Source: an uncultured Defluviitaleaceae bacterium
GTDB taxonomy: Bacteria; Bacillota; Clostridia; Lachnospirales; WRBF01
Length of the DNA stretch: 57,317 nucleotides
Assembly (NCBI GenBank): GCA_964392115.1
Contig: CAYMOU010000002.1
Coordinates: 1-57,317 of the forward strand
Direction of reading: 5' to 3'
This document shows positions 11,102 through 23,420 of this stretch, one piece after another. Below the pieces are notes generated by a model. The model saw only the letters and a list, made by a program, of their open reading frames with translations, was not told the origin of the DNA and did not search any database. Position numbers and translations under genes: made by a program. The first letter of the stretch is position 1, and each line of letters starts with the position of its first letter.

Positions 11102-11800
11102 ATGAAATTCGATAAATTTATATTTTTGGGTATTCTCAACGGGCTTTGTTTGTTGTATATATTGCTTTGGTTTAGCATAACGTTTTTTGGCTTTAACTTA
11201 GGGTATTATGATACCTTATACCAAACCAACAATACATATAACCAAATGTCCATGGAAAGAACCGAACTGACAAAGGTAACAGGCCACCTGTTGGATTACC
11301 TGCAAGGTCAAAACAATGACCTGCAAATAGATGCAACCATAGGCGACAAAAACCTGCCGATTTTCAATGACCGGGAAATTGCTCATATGAAAGATGTAAA
11401 GGATATATTCCGGGTGCTGGATTTTATGGGCAAGGCAGCCTTGTTTGTTTTTTTAGCCACATTGATGTTCTTTTTAAAGAAAAGACCTATGTATCTGTTG
11501 GCTAAGACTTATATATGGGTAATATGCTCGCTTTTGGGGTTAGCACTGTTGTTGTTTGTAATAATAAGTTCGGACTTTAACAGAGCTTTTAATTACTTCC
11601 ATGAACTGTTCTTTAGCAACGATTTGTGGCTGTTAAACCCGCTGACAGATAGGCTGATTAATATGTATCCCCTAAACTTTTTTACGAATATGTCTGCAAG
11701 TATTACCTTGCTTTTCGTAGGATTGTTGGCTCTGGTACTGGTGCTTTCTCTTATTTACTTAAATCGTTACAAACGTAAATTATCCGATACCGCAGAATAA
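11102..11800 (+). CDS. TIGR01906/DUF1461 family integral membrane protein
   Basis: HMKDVK and FHELFFSNDLWL motifs, several TM helices. Confidence 0.85.
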   Translation: MKFDKFIFLGILNGLCLLYILLWFSITFFGFNLGYYDTLYQTNNTYNQMSMERTELTKVTGHLLDYLQGQNNDLQIDATIGDKNLPIFNDREIAHMKDVKDIFRVLDFMGKAALFVFLATLMFFLKKRPMYLLAKTYIWVICSLLGLALLLFVIISSDFNRAFNYFHELFFSNDLWLLNPLTDRLINMYPLNFFTNMSASITLLFVGLLALVLVLSLIYLNRYKRKLSDTAE

Positions 11801-11900
11801 AATATAGTATAGCAAAATAACTTGAGAATCGGATATTACGCAATTCTGAGTTTATTTACTGTAGTTTGCCTAAGCGGTTCGGTTTTCGGGAGCGTTTTGT

Positions 11901-12770
11901 ATGTTTCTTGATGTTTTGATATTTATTTTATGGCTCTTACTATGTATAATCGGCTTTACTTTGCTGATTGTATTGATAGTTTTGTTTGTGCCGGTTGTTT
12001 ATAAAGTTTACGCCGTAAACAATCCGGATGCTTTGGTAAAATGCCGTGTTTCTTGGTTGTTTGGAGGAATCAAAGCCTTGTTTGATTATGATAAGGCAGA
12101 GGATAAAACGGATTTTGTATTGAAAATTTTCGGCATAACTCTGGGAAAAAAGAAACACCCACAAGAATACAAACCGGACCGGCATAAAGGCAAACCAAGC
12201 AAGACCGAGACAAACGCTACTTCCTATCCGGAGAAAATTCCTGAAAGCGTTACCCGAACATCTGAACCGGAACTCAAAATACCCGAAAAAAAAGCCGACG
12301 AAAGTTTAAATGAGAAAGCAGAAAAAAAAGACGATAAAAAATCCGAGCCTAAGGCTAAAAACAAGGAAAAGAAAACCGGGTTTTTTAAACGCCTAAAAGA
12401 AAAAGTAAAAGAAATCAAAGAAATTAATAAAAGATTTAAGGCCATTCCCAACAAAAAAGAGATATTTTCAGCCCTATTGAAACTGCTGAAGCAGCTCTAT
12501 GCCGTATTCAAACCCAAAAAATTCGAGGCAAAAATAGAGTTCGGGTTGGACGAACCGGCCACCACCGCAGAATTATTGGGAGCAATTGAAGTAATTAAAG
12601 CTTTTACAGGTATTAAAATCGAAACAATCGCAGATTATAACAATAAGGTATTCCGGTACAAGATTAACGCTCAAGGCGGATTTATGGTGTTTCAATTAAT
12701 AATACCCTTGGTGAAATTTGCGATAACACCACCGGTTTTACACGTTATACGTAACTATAAATCAATGTGA
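11901..12770 (+). CDS. DUF2953 (YtfI-like) protein
   Basis: N-terminal TM, Lys/Glu-rich linker, FGLDEPATT motif; precedes the ytfJ homologue. Confidence 0.75.
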   Translation: MFLDVLIFILWLLLCIIGFTLLIVLIVLFVPVVYKVYAVNNPDALVKCRVSWLFGGIKALFDYDKAEDKTDFVLKIFGITLGKKKHPQEYKPDRHKGKPSKTETNATSYPEKIPESVTRTSEPELKIPEKKADESLNEKAEKKDDKKSEPKAKNKEKKTGFFKRLKEKVKEIKEINKRFKAIPNKKEIFSALLKLLKQLYAVFKPKKFEAKIEFGLDEPATTAELLGAIEVIKAFTGIKIETIADYNNKVFRYKINAQGGFMVFQLIIPLVKFAITPPVLHVIRNYKSM

Positions 12771-12862
12771 GGCTATAAGTGCAACAGCAAAAATCCCCTT
12801 TATGCGTGTTCGACTTCCACGAAGTCACCATAAACAAACAATATTAACGGAGGTTGATTATA

Positions 12863-13258
12863 ATGAGCAGTACAAATTTTAACAGCAGTATAGACGCTTT
12901 GTTCAACAAAATGGAAGGCTTGCTTTCTTCCAAAACCGTTGTGGGTGAGCCTTATACCTTTGGAGATGTAATTATTCTTCCCTTGGTAGACCTGTCTTTG
13001 GGTATGGGCTTGGGCTCTGTTGACGACGTTGAAGAAAAGGAAAAAAAGGAAACCAGCGGCGGCGGTATGGGTGCAAAAATTACGCCTTCTGCGGTTTTGG
13101 TTATCAAAGGCAATGATGTTCAATTGGTTAACATAAAGAACCAAGATAGCATAAACAAATTAATAGATATGGCTCCCGGGCTTATCAACAAAATCAAAGA
13201 AACTTTTACCGGAAACAAAAATCAACAACCGGAAGCTACCGGTCAATACGAGGGTTAA
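12863..13258 (+). CDS. GerW/YtfJ family sporulation protein
   Basis: KTVVGEP, IILPLVD, GGGMGAKITPSAVLVI. Confidence 0.88.
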   Translation: MSSTNFNSSIDALFNKMEGLLSSKTVVGEPYTFGDVIILPLVDLSLGMGLGSVDDVEEKEKKETSGGGMGAKITPSAVLVIKGNDVQLVNIKNQDSINKLIDMAPGLINKIKETFTGNKNQQPEATGQYEG

Positions 13259-13264
13259 AATCAG

Positions 13265-13300
13265 CAGCTTTGTGCAATAGCATAAAGCTGTTTTTTCTTT
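13265..13300 (+). terminator. intrinsic terminator
   Basis: CAGCTTTGTGC/GCATAAAGCTG stem followed by a T-tract. Confidence 0.7.
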
Positions 13301-13310
13301 TAGATAAAAC

Positions 13311-13360
13311 ATTTAGGGAGAAAACTTTTTTGTCAGATGAAAAAGGTTTTCTCCCTAAAT
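13311..13360. repeat. REP-like palindromic repeat (family 2)
   Basis: ATTTAGGGAGAAAAC...GTTTTCTCCCTAAAT hairpin. Confidence 0.75.
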
Positions 13361-13411
13361 TTTGTAAGTTTTAATATGTAATTAAGCAAATCTGTTTTGA
13401 ATTGCCTGTAA

Positions 13412-13930
13412 TTAAAAGCTTTCTTCAACTATCAATTCATTTAAAGGTACTCTGGTTTCGTGGTGTCTGTCCGGTGAAAGGGGTTCGCAATCTCTGTAAC
13501 CTATTACCAAAATGTTTATGGGTTCGTAATTTTCGGGGATGTTGAATTCAGCTTTGATAATGTCAGGTTTGAAATAGCATACCCAAACTGTATCCAGGCC
13601 CAAGTCCGTAGCTGCCATCATCATATGGTCTGTAAGAATGCTGGCGTCAATGTCGGTTAATTTTTTGTTGTCGAATGGACGTTCCCAAACTTTTTCTATA
13701 TCCGAACAGACAATTATTGCCATCGGTGCGCCGAAGATTTTTGCTGCCTTTCCGATTTTTTCAAGTCCGGCGGGCTCTTGAACCACTATCAGCTTTTGTG
13801 CCTGACGATTTACTCCTGTGGGTGCTACACGAGCGGCTTCAAGAATTTGTGCCAACTTTTCTTGCTCAACCTTCTTGCTTAAATATTTACGGCATGAATA
13901 TCTTTTTTTTGCCAGTTCCAGAAAGTTCAT
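13412..13930 (-). CDS. nitroreductase family protein
   Basis: KRYSCRKY, APTGVNRQ, GLDTVWV. Confidence 0.92.
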   Translation of the reverse strand: MNFLELAKKRYSCRKYLSKKVEQEKLAQILEAARVAPTGVNRQAQKLIVVQEPAGLEKIGKAAKIFGAPMAIIVCSDIEKVWERPFDNKKLTDIDASILTDHMMMAATDLGLDTVWVCYFKPDIIKAEFNIPENYEPINILVIGYRDCEPLSPDRHHETRVPLNELIVEESF

Positions 13931-14111
13931 AAAAGTCCTCCTAAATTTTCATATTTATACTGATTTCATTATACCGGGTTTTCCACCAATTACAAGTTTT
14001 GAAAATCTGTAGTTCATAGTGAACCGGAGAGTTAAATAATCCGGTTAAATGATGAACAATTATATCTCTGACTTGATATATTGTTTGTAAAACAATAATA
14101 AGGTGAAGGCT

Positions 14112-14558
14112 ATGAAAAAATTAGACCCGGCTAAGGTACTTGTGCAATACAGAAATAATATTGAACCCTATAAACCGCTTTTTAACAGGAAATACACCGT
14201 TTTGCATTCGGATGCTACCGGTGAACTTTTTGTTTACGTAGGTAACGAATATGCCAACGACAAAATAAATTCCATGAGGGATGAAGTTATTGTGGACTGG
14301 AAAAAGGATGAAAAGGGTTTATATCTTATGGGAAAGGTTTTGGTGGACGGTGGAGAAATCACCGGCAATGCAAACATACGAAACAAGATTTTTCTGCAAG
14401 AAATGCCCACCGCCTTGCAGGCATTGCGTCAAGCTGATAGATTTTTGTTTATAGATAACCCTATGCTTGACAATGCCCCGGTATATATTCAGTTTATCTC
14501 CGATAATGCTGAATTTAATAAGTGCTACGACTTTGGAACTATCGGTATGTATGCATAG
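14112..14558 (+). CDS. staygreen family protein
   Basis: RKYTVLHSDATGELF and MRDEV motifs. Confidence 0.85.
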   Translation: MKKLDPAKVLVQYRNNIEPYKPLFNRKYTVLHSDATGELFVYVGNEYANDKINSMRDEVIVDWKKDEKGLYLMGKVLVDGGEITGNANIRNKIFLQEMPTALQALRQADRFLFIDNPMLDNAPVYIQFISDNAEFNKCYDFGTIGMYA

Positions 14559-14697
14559 GTTTAAACACCGGTTTTTTACAACGACAAAATATTGGGTTAG
14601 CTTTTTTCCCATCAGAAAAAGGCTACCCATTATTTCCGGGCACTTCCCATAAGCTATATACATATAGTAACACTAAAAATCTTTTGCGAAAGGAAAG

Positions 14698-15192
14698 ATG
14701 AAGATGTATCCCACAGGCAACCCAAACCAAAGATATTTTAAACGTTTTGGCAAGAACAAATACTTTGCTCAAAGTAAGCAATGCACAACAGATTTTGGCC
14801 CTGAGCCTTTTGTTGTGAACATTGAAAAAGCCACCAAACAAAACAACTCTTTTCGCAAATCATTATGGACCGGAGAACACCTACAGCTTACTTTAATGAA
14901 GATTAACCCCGGGGATGAAATCGGCTTGGAATTACATCCGGAATTAGACCAATTTGTTCGTATAGAAGAAGGTCAGGGATTGGTAAAAATGGGTGACAGC
15001 AAAGATAATTTGGACTTTCAAACACCTGTTTGCAGCAATTGTGCCTTTATAATTCCGGCGGGAAAATGGCATAACCTAATCAATACAGGCAAACGACCCT
15101 TAAAAATGTACTCCATATATGCTCCGCCGCAACATCCCTTCTGCACCCTTCAAGAAACTGCTGCTGACGCAAAAAAAGAGGAAAACCACTGA
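14698..15192 (+). CDS. cupin domain protein
   Basis: LWTGEHLQ, EIGLELHP, IPAGKWHN, YAPPQH. Confidence 0.9.
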   Translation: MKMYPTGNPNQRYFKRFGKNKYFAQSKQCTTDFGPEPFVVNIEKATKQNNSFRKSLWTGEHLQLTLMKINPGDEIGLELHPELDQFVRIEEGQGLVKMGDSKDNLDFQTPVCSNCAFIIPAGKWHNLINTGKRPLKMYSIYAPPQHPFCTLQETAADAKKEENH

Positions 15193-15231
15193 AAAAAAGT
15201 CCGACGATTATATTTTCGTCGGACTTTTTTT
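15192..15231. terminator. bidirectional intrinsic terminator
   Basis: A7-GTCCGACGA...TCGTCGGAC-T7 between convergent genes. Confidence 0.85.
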
Positions 15232-15284
15232 GCAGTCTTTATTTAGTAAAAGTATAAAAAGGTTTTCTCCCTAGTATTTTTAAT

Positions 15285-15992
15285 TTAGAATCCCAAACCG
15301 GCTCCCAAGGAGGCACCCAGTAAAGCGCCTATAATCGGGCCTACTACGGGAATCCAAGAATACGCCCAGTCAGGGTCACGTTTATCTTTAATGGGCAAAA
15401 TTGCATGAGCGATACGAGGGCCTAAGTCTCTTGCAGGGTTGATGGCGTAACCGGTGGTGCCGCCAAGAGAGATACCGATGGAGAGAATCAGAGCCATAAC
15501 GGCGAAGTTGCTTAATCCGCCTGCGAAATCAACTTTACCTAAGGCAACAAGAGTAAAAACAAGGATGAAGGTACCGAAAATTTCTGAAATTAAGTTTATT
15601 GGGAAATTTCTGATAGCCGGACCGGTACAGAAAACGCCCAGTTTGCAGTCTTTGTCTTCAGTAGCGTCGAAGTGGTCTTTATATTGTATGTACACGGCAA
15701 CAGCACCGATAATGGCGCCGGCAAATTGTGATATTACATAGCCGGGAAGTAAGGCCCAATCGAACCTACCTATTGATGCCAATGCCAACGAAAGTGCCGG
15801 ATTAAAATGAGCGCTGATACTGCCGAAAATGGTAGCAGGTACCAAAACCGCACAGGCCCAACCAAAACCGATAACTATTAAACCGCCGTTAAATCCTTTT
15901 GTTTTGTTCAATATACAGTTTGCAACAACGCTGTCACCCAAGTAGACAAGAATAGCTGTTCCGATAAATTCCGCAATAAATCTTAAATCCAT
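15285..15992 (-). CDS. glpF: glycerol uptake facilitator
   Basis: Two NPA motifs (HFNPA, INPARD). Confidence 0.95.
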   Translation of the reverse strand: MDLRFIAEFIGTAILVYLGDSVVANCILNKTKGFNGGLIVIGFGWACAVLVPATIFGSISAHFNPALSLALASIGRFDWALLPGYVISQFAGAIIGAVAVYIQYKDHFDATEDKDCKLGVFCTGPAIRNFPINLISEIFGTFILVFTLVALGKVDFAGGLSNFAVMALILSIGISLGGTTGYAINPARDLGPRIAHAILPIKDKRDPDWAYSWIPVVGPIIGALLGASLGAGLGF

Positions 15993-16005
15993 AAGAAACC
16001 CCTCC

Positions 16006-17544
<1,539 letters not shown>

Positions 17545-17703
17545 TTAAGAGTATTTAAACCTCTCTTGAAAGCGGTTTGTTTATGAAAATGAGTTGGAGT
17601 TGATTTTGCATTTTAATATGTATACTGAAGTTGAAAAAGTATGCTGTACCTCTTGCACTTACCTAACGCAACAACGAAGTACGCCGCTTATGGGAGAGGG
17701 TGT

Positions 17704-18282
17704 TTACATGGTCCAAATATTTTCGCTGCCGGTGGAGATTGCAATAGCACCGGAACGTATTGAGGTGATGACTTCTTCTTTAGTGTCTATCAAACCGCCG
17801 GCAATAATAGGCAGTTTTATACTTTTTAAAACTGTGTTGATGATTTTGCTGGATGCACCGGGCATAACCTCTATGGCATCGGGTTTGTATTCTTCGGCAT
17901 TTTTTATTCCTGTTGCTAAGGATTTTGAATCTATGATAAATAACCTTAGTATGGTATATAGGGATTGTTCTTTAGCGTATTTTACAGAATTGGGTCTGGT
18001 GGTAATAATACCGTAGGTTGAAGTTTTTTCCTTGACATAACAGATACCGGCTTCGTCGTTTTTTAAGCCGTCTATCATATCAAGGTGGATAAAGACGATT
18101 TTTCCGCTGTCGGTAAGCTTTTTTACTATGCCGGGTATGGATAGAACTGTACCGTACAGTAAAAATACTATGTTTAGATTGGATTTTAAAATTCGTTTTA
18201 GCTGAGTGTCGTTTCTGATGGCTCCTATTATTGGGTTTTCGATGAGAAGGTCGTTAAAAATTTCGCTGTTTTTTTCGGGCAT
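17704..18282 (-). CDS. glpP: glycerol-3-phosphate-responsive antiterminator
   Basis: IHLDMIDGL, GIITTR, IEVMPG, IIAGGLI. Confidence 0.93.
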   Translation of the reverse strand: MPEKNSEIFNDLLIENPIIGAIRNDTQLKRILKSNLNIVFLLYGTVLSIPGIVKKLTDSGKIVFIHLDMIDGLKNDEAGICYVKEKTSTYGIITTRPNSVKYAKEQSLYTILRLFIIDSKSLATGIKNAEEYKPDAIEVMPGASSKIINTVLKSIKLPIIAGGLIDTKEEVITSIRSGAIAISTGSENIWTM

Positions 18283-18380
18283 GAATACATCTTCCTTTAA
18301 GCGTTTTTTTATCGCCTGCCATGCAGTAAAGCCACAAAGCTTTTATCAATAAGTTAAATATCTTGAAGAGTATTAACTTA

Positions 18381-18430
18381 GAGAGAAACTTTTTCCGGAG
18401 ATAAAGCTTCTCTCAAACTCTCCTCAAAAC
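18381..18430. repeat. REP-like repeat, degenerate (family 2)
   Basis: GAGAGAAACTTT...AAAGCTTCTCTCAAACTCTCC matches the 3002 copy including its tail. Confidence 0.65.
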
Positions 18431-18533
18431 GTCTTGTTATGGTTTTACATTGCAGACAAAGCAAATACATTATAGTACAGTCTGCAAGAATTTGCCACGG
18501 GATTTATTTCCGCCGGGTTCTTAATGGATTGTG

Positions 18534-18914
18534 TTAACCAAGGCTGTAAATTTGCCTTGTTATAACTATATCCGAACCGGTGTTTAAAATATTCGGGATA
18601 ATTACATCGCCTATATTAAACTTTTGACCTTTTTGGGGTGCAAAGTTTTTGATTAGGTTAAGACATTCGAAAATCATATTTTTGGGTATGTCCTTATTGG
18701 TTTTTACGGAGACCGGTACAGTATGGCCGTGTTCGTCCGTAAGGTTAATTGAAGTGGTAATGATACGGCGAGGGTCGGTACATTCGTTAACGCCGTATTC
18801 ACCTCCGATTTTGCAAAGGTTTCCGCTGATTTTAATTTCTTCGCCTTCACGAACGGCCGTTAAGGGACAACCCATGGGACAGCCTATACAAATAAGTTCC
18901 TTTTTTTCACCCAT
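18534..18914 (-). CDS. DUF1667 small Cys-motif protein (oxidoreductase subunit)
   Basis: CIGCPMGC...GNLC; third gene of the flavoprotein triplet. Confidence 0.85.
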   Translation of the reverse strand: MGEKKELICIGCPMGCPLTAVREGEEIKISGNLCKIGGEYGVNECTDPRRIITTSINLTDEHGHTVPVSVKTNKDIPKNMIFECLNLIKNFAPQKGQKFNIGDVIIPNILNTGSDIVITRQIYSLG

Positions 18915-18925
18915 ATATTCTCACC

Positions 18926-20182
18926 TCACTCCGCTTCGATTCTTACGGTTACCTTGTTGGCATTAAGCAGTTTGCTTAACTTTTCGCCTTGAATTTTTAC
19001 CTTTTCCATTTCTCCGGGAGTTATAATGCGGCTTTTGTGATTAAAAATTCTTTCATCGTCCGCATAAACTCTAACGTAGTTGTTTTTGTAAACATCGTCG
19101 GAACGGAATTTAATCTCCATGAAATCTCTTTCGGCGGCTTTGTCTATAAATTGGGGTACTGTATATCTGACTCCGCTTTCGGCAGCTACCGGCATAAGGA
19201 CTTTTTCCTTGGTCAGGCCCTTAACATAGTCTGCTGCGTATTTTGCCGCTTCAAAGGCCTCCATTGAAACATTGTCTACCAAGTCATGCACATGAAGCAC
19301 GTTGCCGCAGGAGAAAATTCCTTCCACGTCGGTTTGCATACTGCTGTCTACCACAGCACCGCCGGTTATGGGAGAAAGGCTTACGCCTGCACTTTTTGAA
19401 AGCTCGTTTTCCGGCAAAAGCCCTACGGATAAAAGAATGGTGTCACAGGAAATGTATTCCTCGGTTTCTTTTATGGGCTTTCTGTTTTCGTCTACCTTTG
19501 CGATAGTTACGCCGGTTACACGGTCTTTTCCGAATATATTGGTTATGGTACTGCTGTATTTTAAGGGAATGTCATAGTCGTCCAAGCATTGTACTATGTT
19601 ACGTTTTAAGCCGCCGGAGTAGGGCATTAGTTCTACAACGCATTTTACTTTTGCACCCTCGAAGGTAAGGCGTCTTGCCATTATGAGCCCGATGTCTCCG
19701 GAGCCGAGGATAACAATTTCGTTGCCCACGTGATAGCCCTTCATGTTTACCAGTTCTTGAGCGGTTCCTGCCGCAAAAATGCCGGCACAGCGTTCGCCGG
19801 GTATGTTAATTGCGCCTCTTGGACGTTCTCGGCAACCCATAGCCAGAATTACAGCCTTTGCTTGAATTTCCTCTACCCCGCCGGTTGAAAGAAGGGTAAC
19901 AACTTTGTTATCAGAAACGTTAAGTACCATGCTTTTCAGCATATAAGGAATTTTGTATTCCTCAACTTTATCTATTAAGCGTTGGGCATATTCCGGGCCG
20001 GTAAGTTCTTCTTTAAAGAAGTGCAGGCCGAAACCGTTGTGTATACACTGGTTTAAGATGCCGCCCAAAACTTGGTTACGTTCTACGATTAAAATATCAC
20101 GCATACCGGCTTCATATGCTCCTATGGCTGCCGATAAACCTGCCGGGCCGCCGCCTATTATTAAAATATCAACGTTTTTCAT
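18926..20182 (-). CDS. NAD(P)/FAD-dependent oxidoreductase
   Basis: GGGPAG, QCIHNGFG, GSGDIG, GNVLHVHD. Confidence 0.9.
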   Translation of the reverse strand: MKNVDILIIGGGPAGLSAAIGAYEAGMRDILIVERNQVLGGILNQCIHNGFGLHFFKEELTGPEYAQRLIDKVEEYKIPYMLKSMVLNVSDNKVVTLLSTGGVEEIQAKAVILAMGCRERPRGAINIPGERCAGIFAAGTAQELVNMKGYHVGNEIVILGSGDIGLIMARRLTFEGAKVKCVVELMPYSGGLKRNIVQCLDDYDIPLKYSSTITNIFGKDRVTGVTIAKVDENRKPIKETEEYISCDTILLSVGLLPENELSKSAGVSLSPITGGAVVDSSMQTDVEGIFSCGNVLHVHDLVDNVSMEAFEAAKYAADYVKGLTKEKVLMPVAAESGVRYTVPQFIDKAAERDFMEIKFRSDDVYKNNYVRVYADDERIFNHKSRIITPGEMEKVKIQGEKLSKLLNANKVTVRIEAE

Positions 20183-20186
20183 GTCA

Positions 20187-21620
20187 TCACCCCTTTACGA
20201 TTATATTGGAATTACCGCCGAATTTGGTTATTTCTTTGGGAGAAGTGCCAAGTTGGTCGGCAAGAATTTCTATTACTTTCAAACTGCAAAATCCGCCTTG
20301 GCAACGACCCATGCCGGCTCTGGTGCGTCTTTTTACGCCGTCAACGGTGGTTGCACCAACGGGACGTTTTATGGCTTCTATAATTTCGCCTTCGGTAATA
20401 GTTTCACAACGACAGACTATTTTTCCGTATGATTTGTTTTGGGATATGAGTTGGTTTTGCTCATCTTTGGATAATTCTCTGAATACGGTGATAGCCTTTC
20501 GTTTGCTTATAAAATCCGGGTTTTCTTCCGGTTGAAGCAGGGTTATGACCATATCTTTAATCATAACGGCTATGGCCGGAGCGGAGCTTAAACCCGGTGA
20601 ATTAATGCCTATTGCGTTTATAAAACCCTTTGCGTCGTCGGGCTGATTGATAATAAAGTCGTCGCCGTCTTTCACACAGGCTCTCAGACCCACAAAGGAG
20701 GTTATCACACCCTGTGGAAAGGCTTTCAAGGACTTTTTTGCCGTTTCTGTCACCTTATCCAAAATATCTGCATGGGTTGCTTTGTCGTCCTTGTCCTCGG
20801 TGTTTTCGGAACTGGGCCCATACATTAAATTGCCGTGAGTTGTGGGAGTAACCAAAACACCCTTGCCGTAAGCGGAAGGCACTTGGAACACTGTGGCGCT
20901 TACCACCCCGGAGGAAGCCATATCAAACAGCAGATATTCTCCTTTTCTGGGGTAGGATTCGTATTTGGTGTCGGACACGAAGTTATTCATAACGTCTGCA
21001 TATACACCGGCTGCATTTACCACGGTTTTGGTTAAAAATTCGCCTTTGTTTGTTATTACTTTGTAATGGGTATCACCGTTTTGGGTGATTTTTTCTATGC
21101 CTGTTACTTGGGTTTCAAGGCTGAATTCAACGCCGTTTTCGTAGGCGTTTTCCGCAAAGGCTATGGTTGCTTCGTAAGGAGATACTATACCGCCGGTAGG
21201 AGCATATAAAGCGGAGGTTATGTTGTCGCTGATGTTTTCTTCGATGGCTTGAACTTGCTCTTTCGTGAGAATTTCAAGTCCGCTTACTCCGTTTTTAATG
21301 CCTTTTTCGTAAATTTTCTTAAGGGATTCGTCATCTTCTTGAGAAAAGCCAAGAACCAACGAGCCGTTTTGTCTGTAAGGTATTTCTAAATCTTGGCAAA
21401 GCTTTGGGAACATTTTACTGCCTTCCAAGTTAACCTTGGCTTTTACAGTGCCCGGGGTACAGTCATGCCCTGCATGAACTATACCGCTGTTTGCCTTGGA
21501 AGCACCGCAGCAAATCTCGGTTTCTTTTTCCAATAGCATAATTTTCAGCTTGTATTTGGAAAGCTCTCTGGCTACGGCACACCCCACTACACCGCCGCCT
21601 ATTATAATTACGTCTATCAT
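20187..21620 (-). CDS. FAD-dependent oxidoreductase with BFD-like [2Fe-2S] domain (probable glycerol-3-phosphate dehydrogenase GlpA-like)
   Basis: GGGVVG, NSGIVHAG, CRCE...GRCQGGFC; located in the glp locus. Confidence 0.85.
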   Translation of the reverse strand: MIDVIIIGGGVVGCAVARELSKYKLKIMLLEKETEICCGASKANSGIVHAGHDCTPGTVKAKVNLEGSKMFPKLCQDLEIPYRQNGSLVLGFSQEDDESLKKIYEKGIKNGVSGLEILTKEQVQAIEENISDNITSALYAPTGGIVSPYEATIAFAENAYENGVEFSLETQVTGIEKITQNGDTHYKVITNKGEFLTKTVVNAAGVYADVMNNFVSDTKYESYPRKGEYLLFDMASSGVVSATVFQVPSAYGKGVLVTPTTHGNLMYGPSSENTEDKDDKATHADILDKVTETAKKSLKAFPQGVITSFVGLRACVKDGDDFIINQPDDAKGFINAIGINSPGLSSAPAIAVMIKDMVITLLQPEENPDFISKRKAITVFRELSKDEQNQLISQNKSYGKIVCRCETITEGEIIEAIKRPVGATTVDGVKRRTRAGMGRCQGGFCSLKVIEILADQLGTSPKEITKFGGNSNIIVKG

Positions 21621-21640
21621 TAACACCGCCTCCTTCTCTG

Positions 21641-21703
21641 AAAAAACAAAAAAGACACTAAGAAAAAACCAAATCGGTTTAATCCTAACGTCTCATAATC
21701 TCT
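21641..21703 (-). promoter_or_regulatory. putative GlpP-responsive leader terminator
   Basis: Minus strand AGAGATTATGAGACGTTAGGA...TCTTAGTGTCTTTTTGTTTTTT: long stem plus U-tract directly upstream of the RBS of the first glp gene. Confidence 0.7.
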
Positions 21704-22183
21704 GTAGGAAAAATAAATATTCAATTGTAATGCAAATTGTAAAGTAGCCGCAAATTAAATACAATATTACTATATTTAAATATATGCACGGTACTAAACA
21801 AAATGTATAATTATTACTTTGCAAATTATAGCATTATACAACAAGTATGTCAATACTATTTTTGAAAAGTTAAAAAATAAACAAAGTTTTATATAAAATC
21901 CATGAGATTATGAGAGTTTTTAGGGTAAAAAGATTGATTATTATACAATTTAATAGAAAATAAATATAAACAAAAAACAGATTAAGGTAATATAATTTTG
22001 TTACTATTTTAACATAGTGCTTGGTTTTTGTTGTAACTTTAGTTTTACTTTAACTTATGTCGGTATTATTGCAAAGAGGTAATTAATTTAGTATAATGAG
22101 GAAAATTACACCCGGTTTCCGTAATATTTAAACTGCTATTGAGAAAAATACAACGTATTTGCGTTTTGATATAAGGTGATTTA

Positions 22184-23383
22184 ATGAAAAATACCATGCA
22201 ATACAGAACAATGCCCATGACAGGCGATAAACTGTCCGTATTGGGCTACGGATGTATGCGTTTTCCCACAAAAAACGCTGTCATTGACGAGGCAAAAACC
22301 GAAAAACAAGTTATTCTAGCCATTGAGCAAGGTGTAAATTATTTTGACACGGCTTATATTTATCCCAACAGCGAAAGGGTTTTGGGAAAAATTCTTGCAA
22401 AGGGTTATAGAGAAATGGTCAAAATAGCTACCAAGCTGCCCATACCTATCGTAAAAACAACCGAGGATATTAACCGGATTTTCTCGGAGCAACTGAATAG
22501 GTTGCAAACCCACTATATAGACTACTATCTTATACACAATATCAATACCTTTGAAGAATGGGAAAAGCTTAAAACCCTGGGTATAGAAAACTTTATAGAA
22601 GACGAGCGGAACAAAGGAAGAATTATAAATATAGGTTTTTCTTTTCACGGAAATTTATCCGTATTTAAGCAGATTGCGGATGATTATTCCTGGGACTTTT
22701 GCCAGATACAATATAATTATATGGATGAAAATTATCAGGCAGGTACAGAAGGTTTAAAATATGCCCATGGGAAGGGCTTGGGTATTATAGTGATGGAGCC
22801 TTTGAGAGGCGGAACTTTGGTGGGCAAAATGCCGCCGGGTGCAAAGAAGGTTATAGAAAGCCACAACCCAAAAAGAAGCCCGGCCGATTGGGGCTTACGC
22901 TGGGTGCTGAATCATCCGGAGGTTACGCTGCTTCTTTCGGGTATGAATGAAGAGGAGCATATAAGGGAAAATATCCGTGTTGCTTCCGAAGCCCTGCCAA
23001 ACTCCTTAACAGATCGGGATTTGCAAATGATAGATAAGGTTAAGGATGAGTTTAAGAGAAAAATTAAAGTACCCTGTACCGGCTGTGCTTATTGTTTGCC
23101 CTGCCCTCAAGGTGTGGATATTCCTTTTAGTTTCTCTATGTATAACGGAAAATCAATGTTTGGCGGCATATTCCCCATATACCAATATTTAAGTGCTACC
23201 GGAGGAGCAAAAGGCAGGCTTTCTCGGGCTTCGCTTTGTAAAAGTTGCGGAGTTTGCGAACGCCATTGCCCTCAACATCTACCCATTTCCAAACATTTGA
23301 AAGAAGTGGCGTCTGATATGGAGAAACCGCATTATAAGTTTTTGATTAGCCTGATACACAGGTTTGTTTATAGGAAAAGATAG
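22184..23383 (+). CDS. aldo/keto reductase with C-terminal 4Fe-4S dicluster
   Basis: LGYGCMR, FDTAYIY, MEPLRGG, CTGCAYC and CKSCGVCERHCP. Confidence 0.92.
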   Translation: MKNTMQYRTMPMTGDKLSVLGYGCMRFPTKNAVIDEAKTEKQVILAIEQGVNYFDTAYIYPNSERVLGKILAKGYREMVKIATKLPIPIVKTTEDINRIFSEQLNRLQTHYIDYYLIHNINTFEEWEKLKTLGIENFIEDERNKGRIINIGFSFHGNLSVFKQIADDYSWDFCQIQYNYMDENYQAGTEGLKYAHGKGLGIIVMEPLRGGTLVGKMPPGAKKVIESHNPKRSPADWGLRWVLNHPEVTLLLSGMNEEEHIRENIRVASEALPNSLTDRDLQMIDKVKDEFKRKIKVPCTGCAYCLPCPQGVDIPFSFSMYNGKSMFGGIFPIYQYLSATGGAKGRLSRASLCKSCGVCERHCPQHLPISKHLKEVASDMEKPHYKFLISLIHRFVYRKR

Positions 23384-23420
23384 GGTTTTGTTCCGATTTT
23401 AATAATTATGAGGTGATTAG